Made by a program: the position numbers and the translations under genes | IMG/VR virus record: IMGVR_UViG_3300029286_000013 | Direction: 5' to 3' (one strand) | DNA from: a virus | Length of the DNA stretch: 64,000 nucleotides | Part shown: positions 19,465-28,900 of the stretch, piece by piece | How the letters are laid out: every line of letters starts with the position of its first letter | Position numbering within the stretch: position 1 is the first letter of the stretch | The notes under the pieces: generated by a model | Databases searched by the model: none | What the model saw: the letters and a program-made list of their open reading frames with translations, nothing else | What the model was told of the DNA's origin: nothing

Positions 19465-21782
19465 TATAATTTACACGATTCACAATCGGATTCATCATCA
19501 AAATCTATTGGATCTAACATTGTAGGAGGTTCTTCTGCATCCGCTTTGCTGCCTGCCTTATTTATAAGGCTATAATAGAATGTCTTGATACCATAATAGT
19601 GTGCTTGCATTAAATTTTTTGCTATTAATGTAGTTGGGATTTTTCTATCAGGAAAATGTTTTGGGTTATAAAAAGTATTTACGGATATAGCCTGATCCAC
19701 ATAGGCCGCAATCACTGCCGCTGTTTTTAGATAACCATCACAATCTTTTTGTTCCCACATCATTTGATATTTATTTTTCAATTTGTGATATTCTGGAACA
19801 ACTTGAACAAATGATCCTGCTTTACTTTCTTTAACACTAATTAGACTCATTGGCATTTCAATACCATTTGTAGAGTTAATTACCACGCTACTAGATTCTA
19901 CAGGAGCTACAGCCATTTGTGTAGCGTTACGGACACCATACTCTTTCATATTTGTTCGTAGTGTTTCCCAATCAAGTTCAGGGGTGAAGTCGGCCAACTC
20001 ATTAACACCCTTTGCTCGTAATTCCCAAGGGAATACACCTTGTCCGTATCTTGTTTTATCACTGCCTTCACAACGACCACGTTCTTTGGCAAGCTCAACA
20101 CTGGCTTCTGTTAAGTAAAATGACAAATGTTCCATCCAAGACTTAAGTTCAGTTAACGCATCCTTCTCACCGTATTTAAAGTTTCTTTTGGCGTGCCAGT
20201 AGGCTAAGTTAGTTACACCGATACCTAATGGACGAATCTCATCATTGCTCAACTTAGATTGAATACTCAAAAAGTCTTGATAGTCCAATATATTATTGAG
20301 GCTACGATGTAGAATACGGCAAGCACGGCGCATGTCTTCGGGATTTCTAAACGCACCCCAATTTATACTCCCGAGGGTACAGAGGGCTATCCTGCCGGTA
20401 TCGTCATCTAATCGCTTAAAACTTTTTGTCGGAAGTAGGATCTCACAACAGAGGTTGCTTTGATAGATGGTATGATACTCAGGATCGAATGGTCCTTGTT
20501 TCATCACATTGTCAACGAATACAAGATAGATGCGTCCTGTATCAGTGCGTTCTTTCAATATGCCTGATTTAAAAACTTCTTCAGCATTCATAGTTTTCTT
20601 ACGCAAACCTGATTGCTTTTCGTATTTCACATATAGTTCTTCAAATAGTTCTGTATTACTATAGAATGCTTGATATAAATCAGGAACTTCGTTTGGATCA
20701 AAGAAAGTTATGTTTTCTTTGTTTTTGAATCTTCTCCAGAAGAAAGCACTAAGCACAACCCCATAATCCATATGACGGACTCGGGTTTCTTCTGTTCCTT
20801 GGTTGTTCTTAAGTACAATAAGGTCATCAAACTGATGATGCCAAATAGGATAAAAAACAGTAGCACTTGCATTACGAATACCTCCCTGACTGCAACTTCT
20901 TAAATCACCGAACCATTTCTTTAAGAATGGTATCATGCCGGTGTGCATAATCTCTCCGCCACGTATAGGACTGCCTAGTGGTCGTAGTCTACCAATCTCT
21001 AATCCAATGCCAGCACGTTTGCTAGCATATTTAGCCATCATTTCTCCACTGGCGAAAATACTGTCCAAATCATCATCCGAGCGAATAAGTACACAACTAC
21101 TAAATTGTTTAGTAGGAGTGCCAAGCCCCGCCAACACTGGTGTAGCCAATGTGAAAAGACCGTCACTGGCTGCTGTGTAATATTCTTTGATATATCGCAT
21201 TCTTGCATTGTTGGGTTCTTCACTGTGAAAAACTGTCGCAGCCGCGACCATATACCTAATTTGTGGAGTTTCATAAGTTTCTTTCGTACTTCTATTTTTT
21301 ACTAAATATTTTTCAATCAATTGCTCAATGGCGGCATAAGAGTATTGCTCATCCTTAGAATGATCCAACATATCATTCATCTTATTCCAATCTTCTTCAC
21401 TATACCATTTTAATAGTTCATTAGTGTATAAACCAGTTGCTACATTCTTTTTAACTATTTCATATAGGTGTGGCACTGTATAACTTCCATATACATCTTT
21501 ACGTAGCATACTCAATCGTTGCTTACCTGCAACATATTGATAATTGGTATGACCAACATCTGGATTTTGTTCTACGTCAATTAAATCTACGATAGCACGT
21601 AATGTTATTTCATCAATTTGATGTGTAGTAATACCATCATAAAAGTGTAGTTGAGATTTAATTTCTATCATTGAAGGACTAACGTCTGCTATTCCTTTAC
21701 ATACTTTTGCTACTTGTGCTTGCCATTTTTCTAATGTGAGAGGCTCTTTACTACCAGAGCGTTTGATAACGTTTATCTTCAT
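19464..21782 (-). CDS. nrdA: Ribonucleotide reductase class Ia alpha subunit
   Basis: ATP-cone VIKRSG, QFSSCV, SNLCCEI, KTFYY, C-terminal CESC. Confidence 0.97.
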   Translation of the reverse strand: MKINVIKRSGSKEPLTLEKWQAQVAKVCKGIADVSPSMIEIKSQLHFYDGITTHQIDEITLRAIVDLIDVEQNPDVGHTNYQYVAGKQRLSMLRKDVYGSYTVPHLYEIVKKNVATGLYTNELLKWYSEEDWNKMNDMLDHSKDEQYSYAAIEQLIEKYLVKNRSTKETYETPQIRYMVAAATVFHSEEPNNARMRYIKEYYTAASDGLFTLATPVLAGLGTPTKQFSSCVLIRSDDDLDSIFASGEMMAKYASKRAGIGLEIGRLRPLGSPIRGGEIMHTGMIPFLKKWFGDLRSCSQGGIRNASATVFYPIWHHQFDDLIVLKNNQGTEETRVRHMDYGVVLSAFFWRRFKNKENITFFDPNEVPDLYQAFYSNTELFEELYVKYEKQSGLRKKTMNAEEVFKSGILKERTDTGRIYLVFVDNVMKQGPFDPEYHTIYQSNLCCEILLPTKSFKRLDDDTGRIALCTLGSINWGAFRNPEDMRRACRILHRSLNNILDYQDFLSIQSKLSNDEIRPLGIGVTNLAYWHAKRNFKYGEKDALTELKSWMEHLSFYLTEASVELAKERGRCEGSDKTRYGQGVFPWELRAKGVNELADFTPELDWETLRTNMKEYGVRNATQMAVAPVESSSVVINSTNGIEMPMSLISVKESKAGSFVQVVPEYHKLKNKYQMMWEQKDCDGYLKTAAVIAAYVDQAISVNTFYNPKHFPDRKIPTTLIAKNLMQAHYYGIKTFYYSLINKAGSKADAEEPPTMLDPIDFDDESDCESCKL

Positions 21783-21785
21783 GTT

Positions 21786-22223
21786 CTACCTATTTTTTTT
21801 AATTATTGTTTGTAAATCTAATTTTTGTACTATTTTAAAATCTTTTAGTTTATTACTTATGACCGTATCGGGCCAGTAATTCAGTATATATTTTGCGTTA
21901 TCAACTAGGACTAATACAACATCTTCTCCTGTATTATTTCTAGCCAGTACCAATTCTATATCATTTATTCCTATCAGACATAGAGTATAACACATTCCTA
22001 ATGCTCTTGCAACCTCACAATAGGTATTTTCGGACAAAAGTTCCCAAGGATCGGGCCAGTTATCTATGTCATGCGGGTGAAGGTGATGGGTAACCAATGG
22101 CGCATGTTGCCACCATTCGTCTATGGTTATACATTGTTGTTCTATGGGTAAACTAGATACGGATTGCCGTAATTGAAACCAAGCTTGAAGTCTTGCTTCA
22201 TAAGTTGATTGGAAGATATTCAT
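21786..22223 (-). CDS. Hypothetical protein, possibly transglutaminase-like fold
   Basis: WPDPWEL...YCE.ARALG..YTL...VLVLVD..YILN. Confidence 0.4.
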   Translation of the reverse strand: MNIFQSTYEARLQAWFQLRQSVSSLPIEQQCITIDEWWQHAPLVTHHLHPHDIDNWPDPWELLSENTYCEVARALGMCYTLCLIGINDIELVLARNNTGEDVVLVLVDNAKYILNYWPDTVISNKLKDFKIVQKLDLQTIIKKNR

Positions 22224-22258
22224 ACATCACTACTTATCATTTGTAAGTAGTGAGTATG
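22221..22258 (-). promoter_or_regulatory. Inverted repeat covering a GATAAGTA promoter and the start codon of 21786..22223
   Basis: CATAC-A-TCACTACTTA / TAAGTAGTGA-GTATG arms, 7-nt loop. Confidence 0.6.
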
Positions 22259-22268
22259 AATTTGATAT

Positions 22269-25172
22269 TTAAGCGTAAGTTGCTTGGAATCTTGAACCAG
22301 CACTCAATGCAAAGTTACCAGTTACTGTAGCAGTTGTAGTATTTGCACCAGTAGTAAATGTGTTACCTAGATGTGTTGCACCTGTACCACCAACTGTACC
22401 AGTAGAAACTAAATTACCACCAGTAACATTACCTGATGCACTTAATGTAGTATATACACCTGTAGCCGCACCAATGTTACCAACGTTAGCATTACCAGAA
22501 ACACTTAATGAAGCTAATGTGCCAACCGCTGTAATGTTTGTCTGTGATGCAGTAGTTAATGTACCAACTAAGTTAGTAGCACCAATATTACCAACGTTAG
22601 CATTACCACTAACGCTTAATGAACTTAGTGTTCCCAAGCTAGTAATATTAGATTGAGCCCCTGTATAAACAGTACCTGCTACTAATGCGTTACCTACTTG
22701 TCCGGTAACATTTCCACCAGTGATAGCACTTAAACTAGATCCATTACCCGAAACACTTGTAAATACACCTGCGGCCGCGCCAACGTTACCAATGTTCGCA
22801 TTACCACTGATACTCAATGATGCTAATGTACCAACTGCTGTAACGTTAGGTTGAGACGCAGTAGTTATTGTACCAGTTATCAATGTACCAGCAATATTGC
22901 CACCAGTAATATTACCCGTTGCAGTAATTAAACCACCTGTACCAATGTTACCAATATTTGCATTACCACTGATACTCAATGTTGTCAATGTACCAACACT
23001 TGTTAAACTAGAAGTAACAATTGTTGAGTTTAGTGTTGTACCAGTTAAGTTTGCGGCGTTAGCTGTAATTGCTACGTTAGCGGCAGCACTTAGTTGACCT
23101 TGACCGTTAACAGTAAATGTAGCGTTATAATCTCCATTACCGTATGCACCGGCTGTTACAGCAGTATTAGCAATACTGAATACACTACCGTTTAACGCTA
23201 ATCCTGTACCTGCTGTGTATGTACCTGCACCACTAAACTGTGTCCAAATAACTGGACTTGTACCAACTGTAGTAACAGGGTCAGTCATTACCCAACCAGT
23301 ATTATCATATACTGTACCTGCAGTAACGAATGTGAAGTCACCGCCTGCCATTTCAGTAGGAGTGTTGAAGTCATCTGCACGTGTTAACACTGTTGCACTC
23401 GTTCTTACATAGATACCGTTATTTGCAGTAGTTACTTCATCCTTAACAAGAATACGCATACCATCTGACAATGTGACACCGTCAATAGTTGTGTATGTTC
23501 CTGTTGTTGTCAATGTTGCGCCAACTCCACTTGTACCGTTATTATATGTAACCGTACCGCCTGAAATACTTGCTAATGTAGTTTGAGTGGCTGCATTACA
23601 ACTATCGTGTGTATGTAGACCTTGAGCAACGTCATCAACGTATTGTTTAGTTGCCGCATCATTGCTTGCTACTGGAGACGCAACGTTAGAAATTATAAAG
23701 TTACCAACGTTAACTGTACCAGTTCCTGTAGGAGTTAAGTTGATGTTTTGGTTAGAGCCAGTTGCTGTAATTGAGACACTTTGTGTTCTACCAACAATCA
23801 AATCTGTTACTACGTTTGCATTAGATACGATATTACCGATTGCTGTAATTAGTCCGCCGGTTATTAAGTTGCCACCTGATACGTTACCAGTAGCAACAAT
23901 TAAACCACCTGTACCCAAGTTACCAACGTTAGCATTACCGGTTGCAGTTAATAAACCACCAGTAACAATATTTGCACCCGTGATGTTACCAGTAGCATTT
24001 AATAAACCACCAGTAACAATATTTGCACCAATAACATTTCCTGATGCAGAAATTGCATTTGCAACTAAAAGACTTGTAATGTTTGCTATATTAGATTTTA
24101 TTTCACCTGTTGTTGCCAACACATTCCCGGTAGCATTTATATTGACAACAGAAATATTACCGGTTGTACCAATGTTAGCGGCAGAAACATTACCGGTTGC
24201 ATTAATGTTACCGGTTGCATCTATACTTCCACCTGTGAATAAGTTAGCACCAGTGATATTACCCGTCGCAGTAATTATTGCAGTACCAATGTTACCTATA
24301 TTAGCATTACCTGAAACACTTAGACTTGCTAATGTACCAGTGCTTGTGACATTTGGTTGTGCTGCCGTAGTTAATGTTCCGGTAATCGTTGTGAATACTC
24401 CATTGGTTGCACCTATATTACCAACGTTAGCATTACCTGTAACACTTAGACTTGCTAATGTACCAGTGCTTGTGACATTTGGTTGTGCTGCCGTAGTTAA
24501 TGTTCCGGTAATCGTTGTGAATACTCCATTGGTTGCACCAATGTTACCAACGTTAGCATTACCTGTAACACTTAATGCACCGCTAGTAACTAAATTTCCA
24601 CCAGTGATATTACCTGTAGCAGTAATTAAACCACCGGTGCCTACATTACCAATGTTAGCATTAGCTGTAACTGATAATGATGCTAGTGTTCCTGTACTTG
24701 TAATATTTGGTTGAGCCGCTGTAGTTACAGTACCTGCAGTAGTTGCGGCACCACTCAATGCACCAGTGAATGTTGTGGCAGCTACGTTACCAGCAGAGAT
24801 ATTACCAGTTATAGATAACACTCCGGTTGTTTTGTCAAAAGTAAAACCAGTGTTACCACCTAATGAGCCAGCGTCATTAAATTGAATTTGTGTATTAGAG
24901 CCACCTGGGGTCGCACTATCAGTATCCCAATATACGTGTCCGTTACCTCCGTATGATTTAAGTACTTGACCATTAGAACCGTTGGCAATAAAAATATTGC
25001 CTACTGGTCCTAAGTCAACGTTACCGATAGCAACGAAAGAACCGTTAAATGAACCGTATCCTCCGTTACTATTCAGAACGTTAAAGTTTCCGTTTGTATC
25101 AACGAATAGTGTTGACTTACCGGCTGGCGGGTTGGGGACATTTGCACTTGCTCTTTGTAGTAAAATCAGCAT
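22269..25172 (-). CDS. Long Asn/Gly/Thr-rich tail fibre-like protein
   Basis: GNITGGN, QPNITS.GTL repeats; internal DAATKQYVD...RILVK...NGIY module. Confidence 0.75.
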   Translation of the reverse strand: MLILLQRASANVPNPPAGKSTLFVDTNGNFNVLNSNGGYGSFNGSFVAIGNVDLGPVGNIFIANGSNGQVLKSYGGNGHVYWDTDSATPGGSNTQIQFNDAGSLGGNTGFTFDKTTGVLSITGNISAGNVAATTFTGALSGAATTAGTVTTAAQPNITSTGTLASLSVTANANIGNVGTGGLITATGNITGGNLVTSGALSVTGNANVGNIGATNGVFTTITGTLTTAAQPNVTSTGTLASLSVTGNANVGNIGATNGVFTTITGTLTTAAQPNVTSTGTLASLSVSGNANIGNIGTAIITATGNITGANLFTGGSIDATGNINATGNVSAANIGTTGNISVVNINATGNVLATTGEIKSNIANITSLLVANAISASGNVIGANIVTGGLLNATGNITGANIVTGGLLTATGNANVGNLGTGGLIVATGNVSGGNLITGGLITAIGNIVSNANVVTDLIVGRTQSVSITATGSNQNINLTPTGTGTVNVGNFIISNVASPVASNDAATKQYVDDVAQGLHTHDSCNAATQTTLASISGGTVTYNNGTSGVGATLTTTGTYTTIDGVTLSDGMRILVKDEVTTANNGIYVRTSATVLTRADDFNTPTEMAGGDFTFVTAGTVYDNTGWVMTDPVTTVGTSPVIWTQFSGAGTYTAGTGLALNGSVFSIANTAVTAGAYGNGDYNATFTVNGQGQLSAAANVAITANAANLTGTTLNSTIVTSSLTSVGTLTTLSISGNANIGNIGTGGLITATGNITGGNIAGTLITGTITTASQPNVTAVGTLASLSISGNANIGNVGAAAGVFTSVSGNGSSLSAITGGNVTGQVGNALVAGTVYTGAQSNITSLGTLSSLSVSGNANVGNIGATNLVGTLTTASQTNITAVGTLASLSVSGNANVGNIGAATGVYTTLSASGNVTGGNLVSTGTVGGTGATHLGNTFTTGANTTTATVTGNFALSAGSRFQATYA
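24301..24573. repeat. Near-perfect 126-bp tandem repeat (about 2.2 copies; 42 aa)
   Basis: ttagcattacctg recurs at 24301, 24427 and 24553 with almost identical intervening DNA. Confidence 0.9.
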
Positions 25173-25232
25173 AATTTTTTCCTATTATATTATATTTATC
25201 TCTTTATCATTTAATACTGTATTTTTACAATA

Positions 25233-25931
25233 TTATGGGCTATAATTCAATATTGGGTATGCACTTAATATCCAACCACGTGGAGTATTATAGTATACCA
25301 ATGTTACCGCAGAATCATTGACTCCCAGTACATACGCATTAGCATCACCCAATATATTAGATCCGTTTCCACTAATTGATATTGGGCTTAGATAGGCATT
25401 ACCTGTACCGTCAATGATTGTTACTTGATCTCCAAAACCAACATTAGCGGCTGATGGTAACAATACTGTTCTGGATACTGTTGTATCTACAATATATGAT
25501 TTACCAACTTCCATTTGAACATTATTAGATGTGACTGATTCGAACAAGGCTGCAGGATCTGCTGTACCTACTTCAATCAATTCACCATCAATTGTAAAAT
25601 CACCGTTGATTGTAATTGTATTTGCAAATAGACCTTGAAAGTTATCATTAACTATGTATGATTCACCGTTAGGAATAAGATAGGGCATTGGGCCTGCACT
25701 ATTACTGACTGATTCGGGTACTGCAAATGTCAATACTCCATTACCGTCAGTTTGTAAGAATTGACCGTTTGCACCACCTGTAATAACGATGTTTGCTACG
25801 TTACCTAGATTTGCATCGAGACTTACTGTTATGGCATCAGTGGTAATATTGCCAGCAGAATCAATGATAACAATGTTAGCATTTGATCCTACTGCGAATC
25901 CACCTAGCGAACTTAAGGGTTTTTGTGCCAT
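25233..25931 (-). CDS. Fibre-associated structural protein
   Basis: Shared N-terminal MAxxP...GGFxVG motif, GGANGQFLQTDG module, C-terminal YIVDT...LP...GDQV.IID...GW beta domain. Confidence 0.65.
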   Translation of the reverse strand: MAQKPLSSLGGFAVGSNANIVIIDSAGNITTDAITVSLDANLGNVANIVITGGANGQFLQTDGNGVLTFAVPESVSNSAGPMPYLIPNGESYIVNDNFQGLFANTITINGDFTIDGELIEVGTADPAALFESVTSNNVQMEVGKSYIVDTTVSRTVLLPSAANVGFGDQVTIIDGTGNAYLSPISISGNGSNILGDANAYVLGVNDSAVTLVYYNTPRGWILSAYPILNYSP

Positions 25932-25950
25932 TTTTATTCTTTACTAGTTA

Positions 25951-28900
25951 TTAAATTGTTCTGAACTGTGTTGTCCAAACAGTACTGTTAGTACTTGCCG
26001 GGGTTACTTGCAATTCAATGTTACTACCATTCAATGCAACACTTAGTGTTCCAGTTGATAATCCACCAACTAAAACTGTTCCATATGTTGCGTAATCTGC
26101 AACAGTTGTTCCGTCCGTAACTGCTTGAACAGTTGTTACAGAGTATTTACCACCGGTTGCATCTACACCTTTAACTAAGAACTCTACACCAGTTATACCA
26201 GAAACTGCAACACTTGCAATTACTTGACCTGCAGTAATTGCAGTTGTTGTTGCTGTTCCCCACTGAATGTTAGTGTTACCTAGTGTTACAAAAGTAGAGA
26301 TGTTTGCAGTATTAGACTGAACTACACCAGCAGTTATTAAATTAGCGCCGGTTGTATTACCTGATACTGATAAGTATCCATTGACATTTGCACCAGTACC
26401 TGTGAATATAACAACATTTGCATTACCGGCTACTGAGAATTCAATATTGCCATTAGCATTTGGAATACTTACATTACTATTACCATTACTGATACTTGAT
26501 ACACTGATTGTAGCGAATGATAATCCACCAGAACCATTTGTAGTTATAAATTGACCATTAGAACCACCAGTAATTGTAACATTACTAATTGGGCCTAAGT
26601 TACTTGTGCCAACCATTGACAATGTGCCAATGTTTGCAGTACCAGTTGTTGTTATATTGCCAGTAGTTAAGTTACCTGTAACATTTGCAAATGCACCAAT
26701 ATTTGCATTACCAACAGTTAACAAATCTACAACTACATCATACGTGAATGTTGATGCGTCAACTAATTGTCCACCTGTATTAGAGAATGTAACACGACCA
26801 TTTGACAAGTTGTTAGAAGTTAAGTTTGCCGCTATTAAGTTAGCAGTAAAGTTACCCTGACCAGTTGTTATTCTGTCCCAGAATGAATCATACAATAGAT
26901 TTGCATTGTCAACCAACAAACCATTTGTATCAGCAAACGTTATACGTCCGGAAGTCAATGATGTTACTGTAACGTTTGGAGAGTTAACTAATGTTCCAGC
27001 ATTTATGTTTGCTCCAACGTTAGCGTTACCAACAGTTAATAAATCACCTATTGCGGCATATGTAAATTGTGAATCACCTGCTAATAAGCCACCTGTACCA
27101 GCAAATGTAACGTGTGTTGCTGTTAATGCATTTGATGTTAGGTTACCTGCAATAACATTACCAGTTAAATTAGCATTAACAGTTGATAGTGTATCAGTTA
27201 TGAATGTTAGATTAGTACTGTCTGTTAATATACCAGCAGTACCAGCGAATGTAACACGTGTTGATGTTAAACCATTTGATGTTACATTGCCTGCAACCAA
27301 ACTAGTTGTAATATTTGCAGTATTTGAACTTAATGCATTATTAGCAGTAATATTATTAGCAGTAAAGTTTCCAGTGAATCCAGAATTTCCATTAACTGTT
27401 AAGTTACCAACTGATAAGTTACCTGTAATATTACCTGTATTAGCACCAAAGTCATTAGTGATACTTAAGTTGTTAGTAGTACTATTACCTGTTACAGATA
27501 ATGATCCTACATTTGCTGAGGTTGTAATAGTTAATGTATTAGAAGAAACTAATCCATTAGAAGCAATGTTATTGACTAATACATTGCCTGTTAAATCAAT
27601 ACTTGTACCAATTGCCGCACCAATGTTTGGTGTTGTAAACTGTGCATTAGCTTTAACAACAATGTTACCACTGCTTATTTCAGTTGTAATGCCATCAACG
27701 TTTGCCGTGAATAATGTGCCATTTAATGCAATACCGTTAGCCGCTTGATATTGACCACCACCAGAAAACTGTGTCCATACTACAGGAGTTGTTCCAACTA
27801 CTGTAATAGGTGCTGTTTGTACCCAACCTGTATCAGCCAATGTTGCACCAGTACTAATGAAAGTAAATGATCCATCAAATTCTGCCGCTACGTTCATATC
27901 TAATGAACGAGTTAATACGAATGCTGTGCTTCCGTTACCTGCAGTTGTTAATGTGTATATACCATTATAAGGTGCATTGCCGGCTGTTTCATTCTTAACA
28001 AGAACACGTGTTCCTAAAGTTGATATTGTTTCACCGTCAACAACTAATGCACCGTTTGCACTTGCAGTAATAGTTGCTCCGACACCTGCTGTACCGTTAT
28101 TATAAGTATATGCTGGTAATGCTGCCGCAGTACCTACATATACTGAAGCTTTGATGTTTAATCCTTGTGCTACAGCATCAACGTATTCTTTTGTTGCCGC
28201 ATCAAAATCACTTGTTGGTGTTGCAAGACTTGTGATTCTTACATTACCTACATCAACTGTACCAGTACCAAAAGCGTGTAAGTTAATGCTTGTATTACCG
28301 GCTTGTTCAGAATAAATGTCTAATGCACCTGTTTTAGATGTTAGTGTTGTAGAATACAATGCACCTGCATTGACGTTACCATTAGCATCAATGTAACCTG
28401 TTACGTTTGCACCAAGTTCAGATACAACGATGATGTTAGCAAAACCATTTGCGCTGAAAGCGATGTTAGCATTTGAGAATATTTGTATATTTGATGTACC
28501 GTTCGCTAATATACCATACAAGTAATTAGCATTAACAATATTTGCACTTACGTTACCAGACGCAGTAAAGTGATTAGCTTCGGCTAAATTACCTAAGTTA
28601 GCATTTAGTGCTGTTAAGTTACTACTGAAGTTACCATAACCTGTAATGTTAGCACCAGTTGGTGTCAATACTAATGTTGTGTTACCACCTGATACTAAAT
28701 TAATATTACCATTGTTTGTGATGGCTATGTTTGAATTTCCGTTTGCTAATGTACCTGTGAAGTAATTAGCTGTAACCAAGTTACCCAAATTAGCATTACC
28801 AGCTGAAATATTACCTGATACACTGAATGAATTAGCATTTAGTGTAAAGATGTTTGCAATATTTGCAATCAAAGTGTCTGTTACATTGGCATTTGCAGTT

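Noticed and set aside
24301-24573. Repeat pair as DGR template/variable repeats
   Set aside because: Adjacent in-frame copies in mid-gene, differences not adenine-specific, and no reverse transcriptase in the window.
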